The translations under genes and the position numbers were made by a program. A stretch of 62,984 bases of DNA, counting the filler, from Octopus bimaculoides (taxonomy: Eukaryota), in the NCBI RefSeq assembly GCF_001194135.2. It is 5 parts of 4 records of this genome, joined end to end, with 100 filler letters (N's around TTAATTAATTAA, not from the genome) between each part and the next. Parts side by side here need not be neighbours in the genome. Positions count along the whole stretch, not along the records: positions 1 to 26,107 come from NC_068994.1; 4 more parts are not named here. One strand, given 5' to 3'. The notes under the pieces are model-generated. The model searched no databases, had not been told where the DNA came from, and saw only the letters and a program-made list of their open reading frames with translations. Positions 13,369-24,698 of this stretch are shown here, piece after piece (the first letter of the stretch is position 1; each line of letters begins with the position of its first letter).

Positions 13369-15000
13369 CTGTTCGAGGTAAAAAAAGAAAAAAAGAAAAT
13401 ATCCAGCATAAGATTAAACAAATATTTTCGAACGGACATGCATACTTACACACACATTCACACACATTTACACGTACATATACTCATACAATACATATAC
13501 TCATACAATACATATACTCATACAATACGAACATACATGTGTTTGTGTTTTTACAAAGCAATGGTGTTTGGAAATGAAGAAGTGAAAACAAAAGTAAAAC
13601 AGACTTGCATTTCAATATTTCTGCTTTATCAAGCGTTTACGAAGAAAAAGTGAATATTAAGATTATGTACATCACCAAATATCTGGCAATATATATGATG
13701 TCTGATATTGATGGGAGATTTGACTTATTAATTGCGTGGTTTTAATATTGACCGTAAAGGATAATTTGTATGAAGTTGTTCTTGAATGTGGATGTACAGT
13801 TTGCGAACAGGGTATATAGTTCTGTGAAACACGGCATAAGGCTAAATACACATCCACATTGTTGTTAAGGAAGTTAGCTCATGTGCAAACATTGTTAACA
13901 TATAAGGGATGATATTTTCTGAGCAAAGGATCAATGTATACCAGCTGTACAATCAGTCACTTCCCACTGGTTTCTTGATAAATTTTAGTAGTGTTTCCAT
14001 AGTCAAGATGCAACCGTTTTAGGAAGCAAGTGTTGTCAGTGACAGTAGTAAATAGTGATGGATTAAGTTAAGCACCCACGAACAGGAATGCCCCGCTTAC
14101 GAGATTCCTCACAGTTTCTGTCCATACAATTTCACTCATAAGGCTTAAATTCCAACTTCATCATCCATAGTCGAGACCACAGCACAGAAGTTCATATAAG
14201 AGCACCAAATCGAGCTATTATGAAGGTAGTAAGGTAAATAAACACAGTTAGGTTTGAGACAAATAATTGCATGGAGCACAAAATACAGATTGTAAAATAA
14301 AGAAAAATTATATATAATGAAACAAATTTAACTTCTTTATATTGGGTCTTTTTCGGGCTGCTATTTTCTCTGTCTTGCCTCTAAACTACTCCCTGTCTCT
14401 CACTATTTCCGTCTATTTCCTCCAACCACTATTCTTTTCTCTTCTCTAAACCTTTATATTTGTAAACAGTATTAAACGACTCGCACTTGCCACTCTGTTC
14501 TTGAAAAAGAAGATCAAATTTACTTAACGATTTCCTCTGGACTTGTCACTGGCTGCATATCTATGATATTATGCACATCACCTACGAAGATGGTTATTAC
14601 GTAAGTTTAACTCTTGAATAAGCTGTCGAAATAACACATTACATAATGTCCTTTCATTATAGATAAATTTTCTTTATTTTATATTTGTATTTTGTGTTCC
14701 ATGTAAATATGCCTTAAGTCATGCTGTGTTTATCTACTTTGCTACTTTATATATATATATATATATATAATCCATTATATATAGTGTACATTTAAACACA
14801 TAAGGGATGGCCACAATCGGACATCTAAACCGCTAGAAGGCGTAGTTAAAATCCAAACCACAATTGGGGGTAATTTCGAAAGGGAATGAAAAAGGGAATG
14901 AGATGGTTGTAGTTTCAATATATTTTATATTAGGGTAACTTCATGAAGGCCAACATGGGGCTAAACAGTAGGAATAAGTGTATCGGTGTTTTAAGCGTAC

Positions 15001-15155
15001 NNNNNNNNNNNNNNNNNNNNNNNNNNNNNNNNNNNNNNNNNNNNNNNNNNNNNNNNNNNNNNNNNNNNNNNNNNNNNNNNNNNNNNNNNNNNNNNNNNNN
15101 NNNNNNNNNNNNNNNNNNNNNNNNNNNNNNNTGATACGAGGTTGTTATATATTTT
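15001..15155 (-). CDS. PROM1: Probable prominin exon largely hidden in an assembly gap
   Basis: Acceptor ATATTCGTTTCAG then KIYNNLVS in phase 0, running into the N gap at 15001-15131. GTACGC (possible donor) starts at the far edge of the gap. The span (~155 nt) fits the ~50 aa missing between the flanking exons. Confidence 0.5.
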
Positions 15156-15409
15156 CTGAAACGAATATTTTAAATAAATGGTTATGAAATGTATTCTTTC
15201 TTGTGCATTGTATTATGTATGTAAATAAGCGAATTTGGTTATATGTTTGATTAATGGTGCAATTTGATTGCATACTTAAATTTATGTATAAAGTAATTTT
15301 TTTTTATTTTAGGAAACAATGTAAATGTTTAAAACTTTTCTCTTGCATAAGAAAAAACAAATATTCTCTTCTGTACTTGTTGTAGCGGAGAAAAAAAAAA
15401 GGGAAAGTT

Positions 15410-16718
15410 TACAGAACGTTTAACACAGAAACGAAAAAGATTGAAGTAGCAGAAATCGAAGAAATTGAGAAATGTTTACAAGAGATTAAAGAAGTTATAA
15501 CATTTTGCTCGAGAGGAAGGAAGTACGGCACGGTGGAGGTGCGCTTCGTAAATGAGGGAGAGGCAAAAAGGCACGCCACGAAGCTTTTGAGATCAACAAA
15601 GTGGGCACTCTTACCGACCTACTGCGAGAGACGTGCAGTAAGAGTTGGGATAGGGAGAGTGCTCCCAGAGATTGATGAAGCATGGTTGGTGGCAGCCATC
15701 ATCTACAACTGCGAGGAGGAGGTAGATATAATAGAGGTGGAGAAGTCGAAGGAGATCAGCTGGTGGGGTCATGGTCTCGAAGCATTGATACACATAACCC
15801 TGCCAGATCTACATAAGATGGCGGAGGAGTTGGTGCTCCCCGATAAGACTCGACTGAGAGTCGTTGTGGAGGGGAGACCACCAATATGCTATAACTGCAG
15901 AGAAAGGGGACACATGCAAGCAAGGTGTCCCCCAGAAACAAGGGCAGATGGACGTAGTAGAAGCAGCGGTGGTAGAAGCGGAGAAGGAAAAGGAGGAAGA
16001 AGCTGCGACAGACAGGAAAAGAACGAGAGTTGAGTCTCCACCAAAGAGTCCCAAGAAAAGAAAAGCGGAGACAAAGAAACAAGGTACTGTGGAAAAAGAG
16101 AGTATGGAGATTCGAACGCAGGAACCAGAGCCAACAACAAGCAGGAAAGAAAAAACTGAAGAACAAAGAGCGAGAGAAAAGAAGTATGATGAGTGGAGGG
16201 AGAGAGTGAGGAGGAGAGAGGAATATGTAGCACAAACAGGACAGATTGCAGGACGAAATAGAAGAACAATGTTAAAATACAGTAAGGATGTAGAGATAGA
16301 AAAAAATTAGCAAAAATGAAAAATTTAATACGAGTCAAACTGAATTATGAGATTTTCGAACCCGACGAAAGAATGGTTTTATTGGAGGAAGAGGAGAGAA
16401 AGGAAAGACTGATGGAGTTATTTAGAACCAGAATTAAAACTACCGGGATATATATACAATATGAAAGTTTACCCAATGTAATGTAACTAGAGAACCGCAT
16501 GGAATATATAACAGACAAAAATGACTGATAATTAATATGTATAATGAGAACAGTAAAATGGAACTGCGAGCTTTGGGAGGCTCGTAAACCATTACAACCT
16601 TTCATTGTTAAATATCTCATTTCGTATTTCATCATTCGTTTTATGTACCCCACGTTTTATGTTGTCTGTCCTTGTAGTGTCCCCCTCTATGTTATGGCCG
16701 TAGTGCCGAATAAAGAAA
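15410..16718 (+). mobile_element. ORF1-only Tx1/L1-like element with intact CCHC knuckle, C-terminal domain, 3' UTR and AATAAAGAAA
   Basis: YGTVEVRFVNEGEA...VGIGRVLPEIDEAWLVAAII...VVEGRPPICYNCRERGHMQARCP; then RRTMLKYSKDVEIEKK...NLIRVKLN...YESLPNVM; short UTR; AATAAA at 16709. No ORF2. Confidence 0.8.
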
Positions 16719-17390
16719 GTAGGTGCGCAATCTACACGTCGATTTGCAGGTGGTTTGAGTTGTTCATAACGGAGTGTTTTTGTCGTAAGTTATAGTGTTA
16801 AATATTTGTTTGATTAATTGTTACTGTTCAATTGTTGCTATTGTTAAATGGAATTGTTGTTGTTTTTTTCCTATTGGGGGAAAAATAGAGAAATGCCAAC
16901 ACGTGGTCACAGTTATGCGGCCGCAACTGGAAAAGGCAACTGGAAAAGGCAGGAAAAGAAGCAGAAACGCTGGAAATTCGTGAAATAAAGGTGGAACCAA
17001 GAAAAATGAAGAAGGAATGTGAGAGGTCGCTGGAAAAAGACGGAGATACATTGAAGTTAACGCCGCCTGCAGAATTGATAAACAATGTAACGAAAAGGAC
17101 AGTAATATTCAAGACGATGAAAATAGCAACGAAGAAGATAGAAATAGCAACAGTGAAGGCAATTGAAGAGTGTTTAAAAAGTATTTAAAATACTAACGAC
17201 ATTCATAACAAGAAGAAGGAAGTACGCTACCGTGGAGGTACGCTTTGCGACTGAGGAGGAGGCAGTTAAGCACTCCACGGAAGCAATAAGATCGGAGGAG
17301 TGGGTGCTTTTGCCATCGTACTCTGGCAAACGTGTAGCCAGAGTACGAGTTGTCAGGGTCATAGCACACGTGGTTAGGAAGAGAATTAGT
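16719..17390 (+). mobile_element. 5' part of another Tx1-like ORF1 element directly following the previous 3' end
   Basis: 5' UTR, then MPTRGHSYAAATGK..., KIATKKIEIATVKAIEECLK, YATVEVRFATEEEA...WVLLPSYSGKRVARVRV. Truncated. Confidence 0.75.
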
Positions 17391-17479
17391 CTAGACGAGA
17401 TGTAGATTGATTTTGTGCCAGGGAGAAGCACTACTGATTTTCCTGATAAGGCACCAGCTGCAGGAGAAGTACTTAGCAA

Positions 17480-18012
17480 AGACAACGCTCTTTACTTTTT
17501 GTTGTTATGGACAAAGTCTTTGACAAGGTCCTCCGCTCCTTAACTGGTAGTCATTGCAGAAGTTAGGTATAGTTGGAGGCCGTACAAATGATATATGGTC
17601 ATATTATGTGTATGGACGAGGACATAAAGAAGCGCCAATCTTTAATTGTGGAGGGAACCTATAGACCCAAGGAGACGTGGGCCGAGATGGTGAAATATGA
17701 CCCTAGGTTGCTGAGACTCACGGAAATGATGACAAGTAATCGAAACTTCTGGCGAGTTGTGCTTGAGAAGACATGTCATGCTAAGTGAAATCGTAGTCAT
17801 GTCCCGTGACACATAAAAGTCACCCGTGTTTGTGACGCGCAAAGGAACTCAGTACAATCTGCAGAGTGTTTGGCGTTAGGAAGGGTATCCAGCGACAGAA
17901 ATCAAAGTAAAGTAGACTGGTGGAGCCTGGTGCAACTCTCCGGTTACCAGCTTCAATCAAACCGTTTAATCCAAACCAGTATGGAAAACAGACGTTAAAT
18001 GATGATGATGTG
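17480..18012 (+). mobile_element. Internally deleted RTE-type LINE remnant with (GAT)n tail
   Basis: MDKVFDKVLRS...KLGI, YGHIMCMDED, GRPKETW-like (YRPKETWAEMVKYD). Ends CGTTAAATGATGATGATG. Confidence 0.6.
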
Positions 18013-18166
18013 TAGTAGTAATGAACTGAGGAAAAGATGAACGCAAGACTGTGTGAATGATATTAGTAAAAAATATTTTAAAGCTATCAAATATGTAACA
18101 AAAAAAGCAATAGAAAGAATTCTCTGTCAAAAGAAAAAGAATATAGATAACCGAGGATGGACTCAC

Positions 18167-18382
18167 CAGGTTTTGCTGACTCTCAATCTTTAATAAACGA
18201 ATATTCTTCTTCAATCTGTCTTTCAAATCTGTCACATTTTTCACTTCATTTTTGTCAATATTTTCTGCATCTTTTGCTAATTGTTTAAGGGTTGTAGATT
18301 TAGGTGAAGTAACCTTGTTTGCTTCTGTATTTAGGATACTTGAAATGTTGGTAAGATTTGCTGTAGTAGATTCCTTCTTGAG
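18167..18382 (-). CDS. PROM1: Prominin internal exon (extracellular loop 2), 72 codons, phase 0-0
   Basis: TTTTCATGCAG acceptor and GTGAGT donor. LKKESTTANLTNISSILNTEANKVTSPKSTTLKQLAKDAENIDKNEV...RLLKIESQQNL aligns with [27 protein letters not shown]...NGLL recalled for human PROM1. Confidence 0.8.
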
Positions 18383-20155
18383 CTGCATGAAAATATTGAA
18401 TATCACAGTACCAAAACTAATAGTGACATAATTTTCATGAACTTTTACAAAATTAAAATTCATGCTAATTTCAAAGTTTATTAATTTATATTTCCATGCT
18501 ATACCAGATAAGATTATTAAGCAAATTTGAATGTTATATATTTTTAAGTTACTTTAAAATCCAAGTACTCAGCTTAATGTTAAACATTCTACCATGAAGC
18601 AAAATTGATGTCTCTTAATTCATTTAGCCATTTAGTGTAAAAGACATTTCAATAAACAGATTTCACAGCAAACTATGATCCAAATCGTTTATGGGATCAA
18701 AAGTCAACAAAAGTGTGAAACAACAGGAAGTATGGTTAGAGATTCCCCAAAGAAATTGGGAATTTCTAAAAGAAAACTTTCTTCCAGCTACACTCCAAAT
18801 ACGAAGTTCGAACAAACATTTGTGTAGGCCAGAAGGAAAAAATAACCAACTCATATTCAAGCATAATTTTAAACCACATAATGAAGGCTCTAAAAGCCTA
18901 TATGACGAAAGAAAATTTAAGCTTTAAGACTAAAACAGTCTTTTGATATAAGTTTCCTATGAATTTCTAAAATTATTTCTCAAAGTATAGATGTGTTCTC
19001 ACATGTTACAAGTTGCCCTTTTTACCAAAATGATTCTCTACCATTTTTCAAAAAAATGAAAAGTGTAATGGTGGAACAATGCCATAAACGTGGCAAAGAA
19101 AAACATATTACAAAAGCTCTGCCGGCAAAGATGTACAAGTAAAAAATAGTCATTATGTTCAAGATGATATGAATCTACTTGCTTTTAATAATAGTGAAAA
19201 GGGTACTTGCACGTCACAAATATTGCTGTGGAAGAGCATAGATGAGAGAATTAAGACAAGACGGCCAATCGAAAACAAGTCTACCTCAAGCCCACAGGCT
19301 CATGAGGTTGGAACTTATCTAGATTTTTAAGGTGGTTAAGGGTGAAAGTAAAATAAACTCCATTTGTATANNNNNNNNNNATATATATAAATAAACACCC
19401 ATTACTGGATTAATGAACCAGGTACCACTCACGTTCAGTTTTAGGTAAGTATACCAGAGCAACGTAGAATGAAGAGCATTGCACAAGACCACAACACACT
19501 GCCCAGCCTCAGAATTAAATCCAATATTCTAACGACTAGGACATGGGCTTTTACAGGACAATCAGTTGTTGAGATGAAATAGTACTGTTAGATTAAAGTA
19601 GTTATGAATACGAAGAGGATTGCAGGGCATTCAAGAAAGATTAAGATTTTTAAAGTTTCAGGCAAGTAAGGTGATCTACACAAATACTGAATATATCATA
19701 TTATGCCATTCTTAACTAGAATTAATCCCTTGATAGAATTTTTTTTCATTGTTAATTGCAAGTAAGTAATCCATTGGCTCACTACACGGTGCATGTTACC
19801 GACCACTTTATAGTGTCCTATATTGTTAACCTGAAATTATTGACTATCAACACTAATACAAAATTTCATGGAAGTTGCACTAGAGATGAATTTATTGAAA
19901 ATATTTTAAAATTGATTCAATGAGTTGTATGTTACAGAAAGTCATAGCAAGTGTAATACATTGGAAGTTTGAGTTAAATGCAAATCCTAAACAGCAAAAC
20001 GATCTCTTTGACAGTTCACCGAAAATATTAAATAAGTTCAGCCTCAGTTACAAGTAGAAATGAAGTTGATATAGTGCTTATCATTTGATTTGGATGAAAA
20101 ATGTAGAAGTTTGGCAACGTCTAATATCTATTGAAAAAGACAGTTATTTACTTAC

Positions 20156-20293
20156 TTCCGATGTAAAGTTTCCAAAGTTGATATCTAGTCCATTTTTCAT
20201 ATCAGCGAACCACTTTTTAACATCACTATTCATTATTTCAATATGGCTCAAATCCACCGAAATACTCTCGATTTTGTCTTCAATTGTTATTTG
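20156..20293 (-). CDS. PROM1: Prominin internal exon, 46 codons, phase 0-0
   Basis: TGACAG acceptor and GTAAGT donor. QITIEDKIESISVDLSHIEIMNSDVKKWFADMKNGLDINFGNFTSE joins in frame to the next exon and resembles SSELESLKVNL...IDRMNYDSYLAQ. Confidence 0.75.
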
Positions 20294-20729
20294 CTGTCAT
20301 TTATAAATAAAATAAATGCATTATAATTTGTATTAGCTGATAAATTTATAGATTTTAATAAAAGCTCCTATCCAGAAAAATACGATGTTAATTAAGGAAA
20401 GTACCTAGATAGCATGATTGTGGGGAAATTGTGAATATAATCACATGCCTAAGTTTAATAACCCTAGATTTAATATGTTAAAAGAGACCCTATGCTTAAA
20501 CAACTATCTCAGCAGAATGAAGCAGAAAGCAGATCCATTGGTTTTGCTTGGTCATTACTTGTCTGTATTTCCGTTCATTCCGTTTAATCTGGAAAATAAT
20601 GTCGTGTAGTTTAACCACATCGTTCATTTATGCAGCAAAGCTAAATGCATAGGTATTAAATGTACACACGTAAATGTATTATAATATAACAAATATATTC
20701 TGTATATACACAGACTCCAAATTCCAGAA

Positions 20730-21070
20730 TTCGTGCATCAATGTTTTCATTAGCTATCCAGCTCCACACGAAGAATACCACACAAGAATATTACACCAGA
20801 GTTCGAAAAATATAGGAGTCGAAATTCTCCTAATACAAGAAAGTCATATCCCGAAAGCATTCACAGCACTAGTGCATATGCCAACATTTGGGATACATGA
20901 CTGGTCTGTAGAGGAAATACGCTCTATAGGCATTAAAATGCATAAGATATTAACATTATCTCGAAACGTCTACAGAAACAGTGCTGCAGACAGGCTATAC
21001 CTAAGAAAGGATGAAGGAGGTAAAGGCTTGGGATCAGTGCAGACAGCCTTCGAATGTTATATATCATCTT
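20730..21070 (+). mobile_element. R4-like LINE fragment (post-RT region)
   Basis: TFGIHDWSVEEIRSIGIKMHKILT...ADRLYLRKDEGGKGLGSV, resembling the RLYL..GGRGL motif. Confidence 0.7.
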
Positions 21071-21368
21071 TCATAAAGCATCCAGTAATTAACAGCCAAT
21101 ACGCACGCACACACACACGTATATATGTATGCATGCATGTATGTATGTATGTGTGTATGTATGTATGTATGTATGTATGTATGTATGTCTACCTATACAT
21201 ACATAATATATATATTATAATATATTTGACAGGAAGGACAACAAAAGAAAGAAAGAGACCTCGATATTATGCAAATAGAGGAATTTATCTGTAAAAATAT
21301 GTGACACTTATTCAGTAGCCATGATAAAACTCCGAGTTTCGGATGCCAGGGTGGGAGCCCACGCCACG

Positions 21369-21429
21369 GATAACTGAAGAGATGTTGGCGTGGGCTCCCA
21401 CCTTGGCGTCCGAAACTCGGAGTTTTATC
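21369..21429 (+). ncRNA. Type I hammerhead ribozyme motif in the 5' pLTR
   Basis: GATAA-CTGAAGA-[GATGTTGG..GTGG-GCTC-CCAC..TTGGCGTC]-C-GAAAC-TCGGA-GT-T-TTATC. Stem I is GATAA/TTATC and the cleavage triplet is GUU. One extra C precedes GAAA. Confidence 0.75.
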
Positions 21430-24380
21430 ATGGCTACTGAATAAGTGTCACATATTTTTACAGATAAATTCCTCTATTTGCATAATATCGAGGTCTCTTT
21501 CTTTCTTTTGTTGTCCTTCCTGTCAAATAGTTACCTCCCGTACAACGGTTTTTTCCATAAGGGCTAATACAGCTTACTTTTGGAAGATCGCCAGTAACCG
21601 TTTGAGGACTCTTCCCCACAGAAGAATTCAATATGGACACCTACCACATCGATTATTCTATGAAAAACATACCGATACCATCAAGGGAAATATACTCTAA
21701 GAAACTTTTGGAGAAAATTACAGACCCCATTAAGTGCATGAGGTGGAAAGCCTTCTTTTATAACACGGAAGAGGATACTACAGACAATATTTTCTATAGT
21801 TTTAAATCCAAGAAATTTCCTCCAAAAATTAAAGGCTTGGAAGACTTCGAAACGGACCTACTGAAGATCATGGACAAATTAAAATTTCGTAAGTCTTTCA
21901 ACACTTTCCAACAGAAACTGAAAAAAGACATTAAACACGTAAAAAATTCCAAACAAAAGGCACTTTTTCCGACAAGACCAAGAACTTATACTTAGTAGAG
22001 AACAATACATATTCACGACTCCAACATAATAGCATCATCAACAATTACACTAAGGTTAGACCACACACCTATAACGATATTAATAAAGAAGCTAGTAATA
22101 TCGCCGCCAGACTCAAATTAGATAAAAAAAAATAGAGGTCCTCCCCAAAAAAGAGGCCTTTCTAACTATCAAAGACCATAAAAAGAACTTCCTATCCAAT
22201 CCTAAGTGTAGGCTTATTAACCCAGCTTGGCATTATTAGTAAAGCAATTTTAGGGAAAATCAATGCGGAAGTCAGGAATGCCACTAGGTTAGTACAATGG
22301 TCTAATAGTATAGAAGTCGTCGACTGGTTTAAAGCTATTAAGAACACGAAAAATGCGAGATTCACGCAGTTCGATATTGTCGATTTTTATGCTTCTATCT
22401 CCAAAGAACTGCTAGATAAAGCCCTTACTTTCGCAAGCGGATTTATAGAAATCAGTACACAAGATAAAGATATAATCTTCCATGCTAGAAAGACTTTACT
22501 CTTCAGCGAGAACGCAGAGTGGGTCAAGACTACCGATACAGAGGGTGCTTTCGAAGTAAGCATGGGGTCATATGATGGAGCAGGCATATGCGATCTTATT
22601 GGACTATTCCTACTAGATACGTTGTGCAAGACTTTTCCTAACGTACACTTCGCAATTTATAAAGATGATGCCCTAGCTTTAACCGCTAATATAAATGGAC
22701 CAGCACAAGATCGATTCAGAAATAATATTATCCATTTGATGAAAACGACTTCTATACTATTAGACCATTGTACTAACCTAGTGGCATTCCTGACTTCCGC
22801 ATTGATTTTCCCTAAAATTACTTTACTAATAATGCCAAGCTGGGTTAATAAGCCTACACTTAGGATTGGATAGGAAGTTCTTTTTATGGTCTTTGATAGT
22901 TATAAAGGCCTCTTTTTGGGGGAGGACTTAGTTACATCAATGTGGGTTCCTGACATCCCCCCATAGTGTTTAGAAATTTAGTTAAGAACATTAGTAAAAG
23001 AATCTCTAGCCTCTCCTCTGATAAGGACATTTTCAATAGCGTTGCTCCAGTATATAATAAGGCTCTAAAAGATAGTGGTTTTAACGAGGAAATAACCTAT
23101 ACATCTACCACNNNNNNNNNNNNNNNNNNNNNNNNNNNNNNNNNNNNNNNNNNNNNNNNNNNNNNNNNNNNNNNNNGATTTGCTCGACTAAAGGCGGTGC
23201 TCCGGCATGGCCGCAGTCAAATGACTGAAACATATAAAAATTAAAGAGTAAAGAGAGAGACACTTTCCATTTAACCATAATTATAGAAAGATCTTCAACG
23301 GACATAACTTAAAAATCAGGTTCAGCTCAACTGCTAATTTTAAAAACATAATCGCACACAACACACAAAAGCCGCAATATGAAGCCAGCTGTTCATGCAG
23401 AGATAAAAACTTGTGCCCGCTAAATGGAGCTTGCATGTCCGAAACCATCATTTATGAAGCCACCGTAGATTCTGTATTCACTTAGGACGCAGTTTTCACG
23501 AATAAATACGTGGGCCTCACGGAGGGTAATTTCAAGGCCAGATACAATAATCACACTGAGTTTCAGGCACTGAGACAAAAGAAAAACGACAAAATTATCC
23601 AGTCATATATGGTCTTTAAAAGATAAAGGTGTCAGTTACAACATCCATTGGAAGATCATAGCCAAGTGTAAACCTTACACCAGCGGCAGCGGAAGGTGCG
23701 ATCTATATGATATGGAAAGATGGCTCATCTGGAAAGGCAGCTTAGACCCTACCACATGTCTAAATTCAAAGACTGAACTTTTCGGATCATGTCCACATGT
23801 GACCAAATATTTGCTACGTTTTTGGTCCCCCTAAGTTTACTGATTGGACTTGCTTTCTATTTTTGTGTCTCTCTATAATTATTACTTACATTTTTTATAT
23901 ATTTTTTATATATATTTTTTTAATATTTGTACTGATAGGACCTGCTGATGGGACTGTGCTGATAGGTTTCTATATTGTGTCTATGTATAAGCTTTTCACC
24001 TTTTTTATCTGGATTTTATATTTTTATATTTTTATATTTTTATATTTTTAAAATTATTTTTATGTTTTTTACATAATTATAGGGTTTATGTTTTTGTATT
24101 TTTCCACATATATTTTTCTGTTTTCTCCCCTCCAAACTTTTTTCCTGTACGCTTATAGACACGTACAAGGAACTTTATATGTGTGCGCTTGTGAGTGTGC
24201 GCGTGGATGCGTGCGTATGTAGATATATGCGTGCGTATATAGAGATATGTGTGTGCGTATATGGATATATGCGTGCATGCGATAATATACGCAGTTTTAG
24301 ACGCGTTTTGACCTTGTCACTTCACAGTAATTTCCCTTTGTTTTTAACGGTCATTTTTCACAGGAATTTTCAATTGGCCG

Positions 24381-24441
24381 GATAACTGAAGAGATGTTGG
24401 CGTGGGCTCCCACCCTGGCATCCGAAACTCGGAGTTTTATC
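24381..24441 (+). ncRNA. Type I hammerhead ribozyme motif in the 3' pLTR
   Basis: Same motif as 21369-21429 with better stem II pairing (GATG/CATC). Confidence 0.78.
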
Positions 24442-24698
24442 ATGGCTACTGAATAAGTGTCACATATTTTTACAGATATATCATAATATATATATAATAT
24501 ATAAATATAATATATATTATATATATACAATATATATATACATAATCTATGTATAATATATATATCAATAATATACATATAGTAGTAGATATATTGATAC
24601 GACCGCCGAAAAACAAAAAAAAACCTTATGTCCCTCTTCCACGAGCTGAGTTTGAAACCGTTTTCTAGTTGTTCAGGACAGTGGTATTTCCTTTGTCC

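Larger units (their letters stand above)
21223..24478 (+). mobile_element. Penelope-like element (Naiad-type), near full length and decayed: inverted partial pLTR, pLTR, RT + GIY-YIG ORF, pLTR
   Basis: MKNIPIPS N-terminus, FTQFDIVDFYASIS, MGSYDGAGICDLIG, IYKDDALAL, CSCRDKNLCPLNGAC..IIYEATV..YVGLTEGNFKARYNNH (23390-23560). Direct repeat 21367-21466 / 24379-24478. Inverted arms 21223-21366 / 21386-21529. Confidence 0.92.

Noticed and set aside
14470-14600. Plus-strand exon-like segment (AAACAG acceptor, GTAAGT donor, frame IKRLALATLFLKK...TSPTKMVIT)
   Set aside because: No recognisable protein family, no partner exons found, and it lies within the inverted-repeat structure. Chance splice signals are common in AT-rich DNA.
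20548-20590. 30-nt minus-strand micro-exon candidate (TTTTCCAG...GTAATG) upstream of the 20293 prominin exon
   Set aside because: The translation does not match the expected Cys-containing prominin segment in any frame.
23690-23730. Possible selenocysteine (UGA) use in Naiad GIY-YIG domains, which is reported for some Naiads
   Set aside because: Cys positions here are TGT/TGC or mutated to TAT/TAC (CDLY at ~23700 and ~58450). No in-frame TGA at a Cys site and no SECIS that I can recognise.
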